Shown piece by piece: positions 9,601 through 21,600 of a stretch of DNA of 64,000 nt; position 1 is the stretch's first letter, and every line of letters starts with the position of its first letter. The stretch is from Candidatus Omnitrophota bacterium (GTDB lineage Bacteria; Omnitrophota; Gorgyraeia; Zapsychrales; Fredricksoniimonadaceae). The translations under genes and the position numbers were made by a program. The stretch spans positions 540-64,539 of the forward strand of contig JADFZK010000003.1 in NCBI GenBank assembly GCA_015232565.1, given 5' to 3'. A model generated the notes under the pieces. The model saw only the letters and a program-made list of their open reading frames with translations, was not told the DNA's origin and did no database searches.

Positions 9601-12600
9601 ACGGATGCGGACCAGGGCCTCCGCAACATGCGAATCGCGCGATCCCACGCCAGCAATGTCTTCATTACAAGCCTGACGGAAATAATCATTCCGCACAAAC
9701 GCCGTCGGCGCACACCGCGCCAGATCCAGGCCAACATTCGTTTCGCTGGCATCCTGGCCTTTCTTGGCCCGGTGCGGATCCCGCGCTCCCTCATTATTTG
9801 TTATTCTACGACGATTCTCGACCAGGACCGGATTATCAAGCTCGTTGGCTATACTTTTGGCGATCTCACAGATCTGGGACAGGATCTGACTAATACGACT
9901 TGCCGTTACCCCCGCGCCTTCTCCTAATTCTCCCAGCTTCTTGCATTGCGGTCGACCATCATACTCGGCCAATAGATAATCCAGGACCAATTGCATTCCC
10001 TTATTATTGCCATACAGCCGTTTAATTCGGGCCCGCAGACCTTCGGTCACTCCCTTCACACCATCCACAACATCCTGCAAGAACAACTGGCGGGAACGAT
10101 CTTCCTGCATATCACTATCCCCGGCCGCCATCTCCCAAAACAAGGATTCATTAGGAGCTTCCGAATCATCACCCTGTACCGGCGCATCTACAGACACCGA
10201 ATGCAATAAACACCCCGCTTCCAGCGTCCCCGCGCGCTTCTTGGCAATTGCACCCCTGGGCAAATAAACGGTCCCGCTAAAACTTCGAAAGAAATCCACC
10301 AGAGCGCCTTCGGCCCGTCTTTTGGCAAAAGTGTCCAATGACGCATCGCTGGTAAAGTTATATCGCTTTACAGCCTCAATATATCCAGCTTGAACAATAT
10401 GCAACCACTCCTGAAGATCGGCCCCCGCAAATGATTTATTAAAATGCCTGTAAACGATCTTCATCAGATCCGGTTTCTTCAGTTCCAGAATAGCCACAAC
10501 CGCCTCTTCATCCCCCTCATTTATCAACACCGCCAATTGCACATCCGAAAGCGTTCCCAGATGAGCCTTCCAGTCTGTAAATGAATAACCTTTCTCCCTG
10601 AATAACTGCCGTGCTTCTGGCGCTAAAGCTGGAGGCACTGAAGTCTGGTCTTTTACTGCCGAACCCACATCAACTGCCGTTGGCTCTCCAACGGGAAGCG
10701 GCGCCAGGATCTCCTTCTCCATAAAAACCGCGCGCAAAGACTCGCCAAAGATCACCCAACCGTAACCATAACGATGCTCAGCTTTTACTATTTTACTTTT
10801 GGCGCATAATGAAAGAAACGAGCGCGAATAGCCCAGAACCTGCGCGGCCGTCAGACTGGAATAAACACCATTTGGCAGGATCTCGCTTCGCTGCCATTGC
10901 CGCGGCTGACGCACCTCGGCAAAGACTGCCGTAAGATCCGCTTTTCTCATCACATAAACCATCCGCCCTTCTTCACCCAGAACAGAAACAGTCCTGAACT
11001 CAAGTCCAAACTCAAAGATCGCCCGAAGACAACACCTCATTACATGCCTCGGCCAACGCCCGGGAAACTGGGCGATATTTTCATATACCGCATCACGCAA
11101 TAATACTTCTTCCGGCGTTAACTTCGCCAACAAGCGAACAGCCGGCCAATAATGAGAATTGTCTGGATCCAATGCCACACTGCCCAACTGCTGGCGCGCC
11201 TCTTCCCATCGACCAGTATCTAACGAAAGCACAGCCTGACGCCGTTGGAACTCCGCTATCGGGATCAACGTCGTAAATCCGGGATCCCGGACAAATATTC
11301 CCTGAGGAACATCATTCTCGATATCCGGCGCGCACAAAAAAGAATACGCAGCTGCGTCATACGCATAAACCACATAACCATGTGTTTTATCGACGACAGG
11401 TACAAAATACAGATCTTTCCCTCGCAATGCCATGGGCAAACCATTAACACGCAATGTCATGCCGGCGCAGGACAGGACATTAAATGTATGCGTTGTCCCT
11501 TTCTTCTGCCGATACGATATCCAGGGTTTAGGCTCAATATTGCGCCGATTTAAAGCCCATTCAAAAAAGGCTTTTTGCTGAAGATCAACCCGTTGAATGC
11601 CGGTTTTATCTACATGCACATACTGCCCAACCACGATCTCGGTGCCCATACCAGATTCATCCTGGCCATCCGCAAAATATTCAACCAAATCAGCCATCAC
11701 TTCGATCACCAGGCCGAATTCCTTGTCACGCCGCAAACACAACCATCCCGTTTTGGGAAACCAGGGTTCATTCATCAGAGAATACACACCGGGAGAAAGC
11801 GCAAAAGAGAGTTCCTTTGCCGCCGGATGCGCATGATCGTAAACCCCGGTTAAAACTGTCGCCAACGGTGCAAAGGCCCGCTGTTTATCCAAACAACGAA
11901 ACAAAAAAACCGGCACCACTGACGCCCATTCTCTTTCGCCAATCACATGATCCGGCGTAAACCTAGCCAACAGAATATCCAGAATGGCCAGATCTACCAA
12001 TACAAACCCTTTCCGTTCATAATACTTGTAGGTACTAACCGGTTTCACAGACCGCAAACGACCGTCATCAAGTAAAGGGCCTGATAACCTGTACATATTT
12101 ACTACCTGTCCATGATTAACATCCTCCTGAACGATCACCAGCACCCGGCCATCGGTCACTTGCTCATCATTGACAACTATCTGAACGGCCTGCCCCAATT
12201 GACGCCGGCCCAGATCAGTTTTAATCTGTGTTTTGTTAGCCGCTGATAAAGGAAACCCAATGACCGACGCCACACGACTCCCCTCCCGGTTATACACAGG
12301 CGATGCGACCCCGCGGCCTTTCAGCTTCAATTCAATGCCAGCTCGGGCATCCAGAATATCGAGCGCCCCGAGAAAGACAGGAACGACTCGCCCCAAATCC
12401 TCATAATATTTCAAGGAATATGCCGGAGCTGACCTAAAAGAAAGATAAACATTAATAACCACACCCTGATTAACATCATTCTCAACAACCAGCCTTACCG
12501 GCTCATCAACAGACAAGAACCCCCACGCCTGTGCGGCCGACCGAGGGCGTGGGATCTCGATAAAATCGTCTTCCCCTTCACCAAACCGCACCACAAATGG

Positions 12601-15600
12601 CCGCCGGCCATCCCCCCAGCGCACATTTACCGACATTCCCTTAAGGCACTCTTTTCCCAGTGCATACCTTACGATCTGCTCTGCCGGTGAACCGGAGACC
12701 AATGCCGTCCGGTCTTCCCTGATGTCTTTCTGACGTTGCACACCCCGGGCGAAGGGGCGACTTTTCTGGCGTCCAGTATTTTCGCTCACAAAACGCATGA
12801 TCTCACGGCCTTCAACAATATAATCGGTACCGCAAAACCTTTGTGCTTTCAGCCTTCCGCCACGGACATACAATTGGACTGAGGAGAGTGATACCCCAAG
12901 AAATAGATGGAAAACATGTGCGAGCTTATACCGCCGCTCCGGTATTATGTCTTCCAGCAACCAGTGACGCGGTTTCTCCACAGCCGCAATTACTTTAGGC
13001 AAGTCCGCAGCCTTAATGGCATATTTAGCAGACGAATCTAGTCGAGAATCCTTTACAACCCGATAAGAAATACCATACTCTTCCAAAACAAATACCGCAT
13101 CCTGATAACGCCGACTAATTTGACGACCCTGAGACATTTCCAACGGCAAGCCTTGTCTTAACCCATCCATAAGCATGATCTCCCCGTCCTGCAAAGGCAT
13201 AGGGTCCGGGACAACCGAGCCCTTCGCTGCATAAGAAAGATCGGCAACTGTCTGGCTTCCAGTTCCCTGACTATCAACATTCAAGGGCACGCACTCTTCG
13301 GCGAAGGCTTCGTTTTCTTCATCGGTGCTTTCGGGATAGGCCATGACCCGCGCTTCGTGGATAAGCGTCAGAAGAAGTTCTCGACGGAGGCTTGGGTCGG
13401 AGAGAAGCGCCGCGTCGCAATACAAAATTCCATTTCGGAAAGTTGCCCAGATAACATTAAATGGGCCGGAACGGATCTCGACCGTGTCACGGATGCGGAC
13501 CAGGGCCTCCGCAACATGCGAATCGCGCGATCCCACGCCAGCAATGTCTTCATTACAAGCCTGACGGAAATAATCATTCCGCACAAACGCCGTCGGCGCA
13601 CACCGCGCCAGATCCAGGCCAACATTCGTTTCGTTGGCATCCTGGCCTTTCTTCGCCCGGTGCGGATCACCAGACAGGCTTACCCACTCCTGTAAGAACG
13701 CGGACGGGTCAATGCCCTCGGTGGAAAAGCCGAATTTTATGTCTGAAGCCCAGGCCGCTTTAAATGCCTCGGTCCAAATGCGCTGATGATCAGCCTTTTG
13801 GCCTGCGTCTAACCCGGCGACAGACTCTTGCCAAAGACGCTGAAACAACCTGGGCGCTGCAGCCCATTCTTCGGCATCGAAATTATCAACCGCTATTTGC
13901 GCGCCAGCCAGCGTAGGCAACACGCCTTCTTCCTCCTGGGCCACCAATAACGGCCAATATCCAAAAGTTTCTGAAAGCGGCCGGTTAAGGTCTTTAAGGT
14001 CTCGCTGTGCCCGACGAAGCAATCGCAATACTGATGGCACACGCAAAGCCACGCTGATCTGCGGTAGTCCTTGCGCCGCGGCTGCCAACTCGGGCGCCAG
14101 GGCGAAGATCGAATCCACCCCAACGACTTGGCCATATGCCAGCTTTACAGGCGGCTGTGCATTGGGTATAAATTTCCCGGTGCTCGGGTCTGACGTTTCT
14201 TTGGTATATTTCGACAACTTTACAAAATATCCATTCAACAATCCGGCCAGATCCTCACCGGCCAGATCCAAATGCAAAGCACCGGGATGATCGTAAAGCG
14301 TTTTACCATCCCGCACGGGCTTTTGTCCCCGCGATCTGAAATACATATCCACCGGAAACAGCACTAATGAATTTCTTAAGGCCTCTTTGATGTTTTGAAG
14401 AATTGTAGATTTTCCCGCGCCCGACGGAGCCGCCAAAAAGATCACTCCGCGCCGCGAGCCCAGGCGCTTCTTCCAGGCCTTAACCAGCTCCAGCACCTTA
14501 TGTTCACGCTTTCTGCGGTCCTTTTCAATAACCACAATCTGCTCAGCCCTGGCACTAGCTCCAGAAGGCCAAGTCGCCTTCGGGGACAATGGCGTCCCGG
14601 GCAACATGGTCAGGACACCGTTAACACTACCCAGGTCGTTTACTGAACTATCAAGATGATCGGCCTGAAGACCCGGAACCTTGAACGCAGAATGTTCTAT
14701 ATATCTGTAAATTTTCCCGAGTTTATGTATATGAACTAATACGGAAAGCGCATCGAGTTCATGCTGAAAAGCGTCCAGAGCCTCTTTGATAACGGCTGGA
14801 CCATCATTCGGCCAAAGCACAAAACAACTTTCGAGCGTAAAGATTGATGTGTTAAAAACATGATTGATAGCCCGAAGAATATGCCAAGGACCTTTTTGAA
14901 CTTTAACAAAATGTTTCAACTCCTCGATCCCGGCCTGGATCGCGTTGCTCGTCGCTGTAGAATATGGCTTACCCGCCAGCGCACTTATGCTCGCTAATAC
15001 CCGGCGACAATTAAGAATAAAGCTACTAACTGTCTGTTCTTTGTAAATGTTCCAGTTGTAATCGGCATGACATCGAACGGCAGCCTCGGGGCCGCTGGTA
15101 CGCGCCAGCCGGATCCATTCGAGGGCCTTGTTATAAAGCACCTCCCTTTCTTCCCGGGTTGAAGGCCTGAGGCAGACCACATCCCCTGCCAAAACTGCCA
15201 CCAGATCATGTTGATCTGCAAACCTCTGCGCCACCACACATTCCTCCCGCTCGGACGGAACCGCGTCGCGCCTGATCCCCAGCCATTGCTCGTTCTCCCA
15301 GCGCGCGGCTTCCAGAAACAACCCCCGCACAGCCCGGGCGCCCGACAATACAGCAGATTGCAACCGGGCAAACCACCTCTTATCCAGAGCCAATGGAGAA
15401 GATTTATCATTTAATCGTTCAACCCGCTCTAAAAGCGCCAAATGTTCAGACTTTTCCCGTTCGATATCCTCTGCTTTTCTAACACCAAATTTATCCTGAT
15501 GTCCGCGTTCCACCAGGCTCTGAATTTTCGCGTATGACAAATTAGGCACCGCCTGCCAAACACGCAGAACTTCCCTGGGAGGCGTAGTATCAAAAACACT

Positions 15601-18600
15601 GGCGTCATCCGGATTGATTGACGGCATTTGTCCGTTTAACAATAGCTGACGCGGCAAAATACGCGCATACCCCGATGACACCGGCGAAAGTATAGCCACA
15701 CTGGTAGGGTTTATTTCCAGAGAGATTTCATTTTGCGCAACCAAAACGGCGATCTGTCGAACATAACCCCTGGCAATGTCCACCTGATGTTCCGTCGCTC
15801 CCAACGCATATAAATGTTCCGGCGCGCAAGAAAACGCGGTCACATGTGCCAGACGGTCTGAACCAGTGACACATTCGCGCAGGATCCTGCCCAGGGCGTT
15901 TAGATAATCACGAACATATGTTTGCGGATCACCATACAAACCCTCACCCCAGGTTTCTCCAATATGACAAGTCATCCCCAATCCCGCTAAACGCACCAAA
16001 CGCGAGATGACAGAACCGATCCAGTTAAAATAATCCCGCTCAAAACCAATACTGCTGGCACCCGCCACAAAAGAACGCTGATCTACTGTTAACCCGTAAT
16101 AAAAACGCACGAACTCACACGCTTCGCGCACAGCCAATCGGCGCGCTTCGTAAGCCATTATCAGAAGCCCTATTAAAACGTCCTCATTTACTGATCCGCC
16201 ACGGGCTATTTGCCAGGTTCGCAGATCTTCCCAAAAGATGGCAAACTCACGAACCGACTGCTCCGGCGTAAGTCCCAACACCTTTATATCCATTTCGGCC
16301 GCCAGTCCAGACACCCGCTCGCACACAGCGGCCAAGGTAAGCCCTGTATACGGCGCCAGCAGACTTAAACGCTTTTCCTCGGGCAAGGACAATACCCGAA
16401 GTAAATGATCCTTGCGAAAGCCTTTAAGTAAAACGACCGACGTATGACCCCGCGTATCCTTCAATACACGCTGAGCCATACCCAGCATAAAAGGCGACAG
16501 GTCAAGATCGGTCACTTCGATATACCTTAACTCACACTGCCTCGCCATATGCATAATGCCTTCAAACGCCATGGCCGCACGCTGTTGCGGGTCACCGCCG
16601 CTGACGGCTCTGACGAACGCCACCGCGCGCTCGAACTCCTCGAAACGCGCTTTCTGCCGATCCCGCACGGTGACAAAAGCTTTTAAATTCTTCACCGCAA
16701 CGTCGAAGGCCGCACCCATACGATCGGCCGGAAAACCAACCAGCTCCGCAAAAGCCGCATCCGCCTCTGTTGGCAAAATAGCGTCCACAGGATCCGGATG
16801 ATGCATGTACCAGACAGGATCACAACTACGGCCATCAATAGCCCGGGAAGTCAGAACAAATCTACGACGAGCAACCGGATCATCAAGCAAGCGCGGCAAC
16901 AATTGCTCCGCATAAGCCAACCCGGAGACATGTTCATGAACGATAGCGTAAGGCAGCCTTGCCAAACAGGCTTCAACTGCCAACAACAAAGCAGGATCAT
17001 CTATCGCACGATCAAATAGCAATGCCAGGTCGACGAGAGAATATTGCGGCATCCCGCTCAAAACACCGGGTAAGCAAGCCAAATCGGGCTTTTCACCCTT
17101 ACCGTCGGGAGACTGGCAATACCAAAAAACCGGAGGAGCAGTGGTCCCTTTTTCCTGGGGTCTGGCGCTTAAAACCAGAGCCCCCTGTTTTCTACCGGGC
17201 ACCAACATGAAGGGCAATACAATGCATAAAACAGCCACCAGGACCGCTAGAACCACCGCCCCGAATATGCTTTTCATCTGCCCTGCCTGGCCCGGGCCAC
17301 TTTTGGAGGAAGAGCCTTTATCGGAAGGCACAAAGTCCTGTGAGATGATCTCAAGCTTGGGTTTGCCACCGGGGAAAGTGATGACCAGGGTTGTGCTGTA
17401 ATCACTGCCTTTCCATTTCTTCGGAAGCCCGTCCTGGATGCCCAAAGCCGCGGCAAACGCCGGCAAATAATCGTGGGTCCAGCACACCACCACGGTCTTC
17501 CCGGCCAGCGACCGGTCCGCCAGCAACGCCGCGGCGGTTAATTCCGGGCGTTCATCAGGAGACAACGTGCGCACTTCCTGGTTGAGAGCCAGCGCGGCCG
17601 GTGTTACGGTCTGCAAAGCCCGCACGCTCCGCCCGTGACGAGTGGGCGCAGAAGTAAAGAAAGCGGCTGGCGCGCCATTGGTACCCAGCACATCACCCGC
17701 AGTAAGCCATTTTACCAGCCAGGCGGCCCGCTGACGGCCGACGGCAGAAAGGTTCTCGTCGGACTTTTCCACCGGCTTCTCCGCATGACGAAACAGGATA
17801 ATCCGAGCCGGAAGCGTTTCAACACTGGCACGAGAAGCAAAAACGGAAGAAGAGGGAACTGTCGATTGATGATCGGAAGAAAGCGGAGAACGGCCGGAGA
17901 AACCACATTTTACGGCTGTTGCCAGCATTACGATAATAATAAACACACCGGCGAGTTGATGAATATGCTCCCTTAACACAAAAGCCGCTTCGCGCGTTAG
18001 CGCCGGCCCCGCCCTGATTCGGTCAGCCTCCAGGGACACCGGCCGGAGCTGGACCTTTCCGGCAGGATGCCGGGTCCAGCGGAGTGCCGGAGCTGGACCT
18101 TTCCGGCTGGATGCCGGGTCCAGCGGAGTGCCGGTCCCAGTCAGACCGGACCGGCCCAGTCGGCCGGGTCGGTGCGGCTCAATATTATCCCGCTCCCAAA
18201 ACGGAGCCCTCAAGACGTCAATAAAGACCGCGTCCTCACGAGGATAAAACTTGTGCATCAGCACCCCCGACAAAAACAATCCCGCCAAATACGCGGCCAT
18301 ATCGTAATTATCGAAAACACCTTTAACACCGCTGAGGTCACTCAGATCAAATAACGGACTACCCGCCTGGGAATATTCAACCCAAACGATCATACTAAAG
18401 AAGAATAAAGTTACATAGCGGCCAAGCTTGGCAAAAGCGATCTCCAAAGGAAGTTCATCAACAACATTGGCGAGACCGGCTATTCTGGCCCGACCATTAC
18501 CAACAAACACATACAACCAGCGAATAAACGCATAACCCAGAAATATCACACATGTAATACCCGGCAAGAACAGAAAATCGTTCAGCCACCAATGGTCAAC

Positions 18601-21600
18601 ATTTGCCCAGAAGCCGGATAACGGCAGGTACCAGCCCCGGAAATGCTCCCGCAGGACCGCAAAAACCGCAATAACAGCGGCCAGCGTCAACTGCCGGTTT
18701 AAGGCCCACCCGGAAGGCCGCACAACTGAACGATACTTATTCCCGGATTCCTGAAAAGCCAGGCCCTCAAGGATCCCCGCCAATACAACCACGACCAACA
18801 CCGCTAACGGAAAATATAATGCCACATCGCCAAGGATTTGGATCATCCGGTCGAGCGAATCCAGATTTAAGCCGCTCCAAAAAGAACCCGGCATCAAAAA
18901 GCCCGCCCCGGCTAATTGAGCCCCCGCCGCTTTACCCAGCGGACGATCGGATCGGGCGGGATCGGACGAGTTGACGCTCCTCCGCATAAATGCTATATTT
19001 ATAACGCTTGCACGCAAGAACGATATTAACTGGAGGATGACTAAATGTCTTTTGACCGCATAACCGCCGACCCTTCCATATGCCACGGAAAACCTTGCAT
19101 CAAAGGGCACCGGATCATGGTGTACCAGATACTTGACATGATTGCGGACAATGTTTCTTTTGACGAGATCATTACCGATCACTTTCCCCAACTGACCCAG
19201 GAAGACCTTGTAGCCTGCGTTGAATACGCGGCTTATATAGTACGAAACGAGGAAGTTCACCTTGCCCGGTAATTGGCGCATACTTTGCGATGAATGCGTA
19301 AGTTTAACAACCATCCAGGCATTGCGCGGTGCAGGAGTCAATGTCACCACGATCCTGGAACTTGCGCTGGCCTCAGCCAAAGACGCAGTCGTATTCAAAC
19401 AGGCAATCCACGACCAGCGCATTCTGTTAACTGAAGACACCGATTTTGGCAACATAACGCTCTTCCCGCCCAGCCTCCACCACGGCATTATCCTGTTACG
19501 TTTCCGCCGCAAGTCAAAAGACGCACTCCATGCCGTCCTCCTGGCATTAATTTCCAACACGGATCCCGCTGACCTGAAAGGCACCCTGGCCATAGTTGAA
19601 GCAGATGGATACCGTCTCCGCCAGTGCAATTGAAGCGCCTGGCCGCAAGTGCCAAACACCACTACTAAGACCGTTATCGGAAGATATAATGCCACATTGC
19701 CAAAGAATTGGATCAGCCAATCGAGCGAGTCCGAATTTAATCCGGTCAATAAAGAGCCCGGCATCAAAAAGCCTACCCCGGCTAATTGAGCCGCCCCCGC
19801 CGCTTCACTCAATGAACGATTAGCGCTGAACCTTTTCGGCTGGATGTCGGATTCAGCGGCGTGTCCGGGGCAATCAGAATGGTCGGCACTATGCCCTGTA
19901 CCCGTGGACCATTCAACGTAACCTTGCCGGAAATCCCACAGATCGGGCTCTTCCGGTATTGCTTCAATATGTTTATCCAATGCATCCGGTCGCGCACTTT
20001 CGCGGGCCGGCTGTTCTGCCGGAGCTGGCTCTGTCTGTTCTGATTCTGCCTGGTCCGGCTTTTTGGGCTCACGGCTTTTTTCTTCTTGCTCCTGCCTCTG
20101 TTTTAACTGCGCCTCACGGGCGATCTCGGCGTCCAAGTTAGCTTTAGTAAATTCTCCTGGCGGCCTCACAGTCAAACGCCGGACGTCAAGTGTCTGCCAA
20201 TACTTCTGGCGCAACAACATTCCCGCCATCCGTTCCACAAAGACCGGATCATTATTCATAGCCCCGAACTCTGAGGCCCGCGCCCGGCGGATCAGATCGG
20301 CCTCCTCTACAAAACCCCGCTCGGTCAATAACTTAAGTGCATGCTCGTACTTCCAGCAATTATCAGCATAAAATCTAACTCTCCCGCCCAACCTTTCAAA
20401 CTGATCCATCTGTTGCTCGAGTGTTAAATCTTGCAACGAAACACCCGGGTTATTTAAGGCAAAGGTCTCCTGAAAAGCAGGATGGGAGAACACTGTCTTA
20501 ATATCATCCGCAAAACTTTTATCCACCGCGGCGGTATCTTCCGCCGTCCACTGGCGGTCTTCAGCCTTTACGATCTCAAAACGCTCACCTTCGCGCACTT
20601 CACGAAACCGGAAAAAGTGATGCAACCCCAGAACGTGATCCCACGCCGGTTCATACACCGCATATCCACCGGGTGCCGGACCCGCCAGTGTCGGGCACTG
20701 GCCATTTTCATCGGGCGCACCGAGCCTGTACCTTTTAAGCGTGCAATATTGTTCAACAATACCAGTTATACTATCCTGCAAGAACCACAACGCTTCCTGC
20801 GGAGAAGCCGGTGCCCAACCACGATCCCCATCCAAAAGAGAAATAATACTGTCCAAATCTGTAGGGACATGCGCATCGATCAGGAAATTCTGATGGGCCG
20901 GCATTAAGAAAGCTCCCAACAGATCGAACGCTTTTGCTACTGGCGCCGCTGCCGCGGTCACTTTTGCTACAACAGCCGCGGGACCAGTAAACCCCAAAGC
21001 GCTGGCCACACTGGCACATAAACCCAGAAAGTGCCTCCGGCTCATCGAAGTGATATCACCGGGGCCCTGGGACGGAGGAACATCGCCCAGCGGATTATCG
21101 TGGCAGTCGGGATGGCGGCCTACGTTTACGACTTCTAAGCAATTCTCAATCTGTTTATATATATAACTTTCGGAAGCGTCTTGTAATTTAAGCTGTCGTG
21201 CCAGGGCCATCAAGGCTTTAAGGATGCTGGGCGCCGTTTTTACATTACTCATTTCGCCGGCAATAATACGCCCCATCAATCTGGCATCATTCGTATTAAA
21301 CTGCCAGTCAAGCGTAGCGTGTAACAAGGCCAAACCCGCCTCGAGCGCGATCCGGTGCGCCGATCCGATGTCCCCGCTGGCTAGAAAGACCTCGGCCCGT
21401 TTCAATTCCTGATGCAGAATAAACCGCAAGGTCGCGGCCGCCTGTTCATTACGCGCTAAAGTGCGATTCTCTTCCAGAAAGATAATATATGGATCTATCG
21501 GCCGGCTCAAATTTTGCGCTGGCTCGGGCCTGACCTTGCCTGTCCTCCTGAGCCAATGCCAGAAATCAAGATCGGCGCACAGAGCGTCAAATTCGTTGCT

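Noticed and set aside
18043-18130. Possible CRISPR array (also the 78 bp repeat at 38251-38406)
   Set aside because: Only two adjacent units, no unique spacers, no cas genes.
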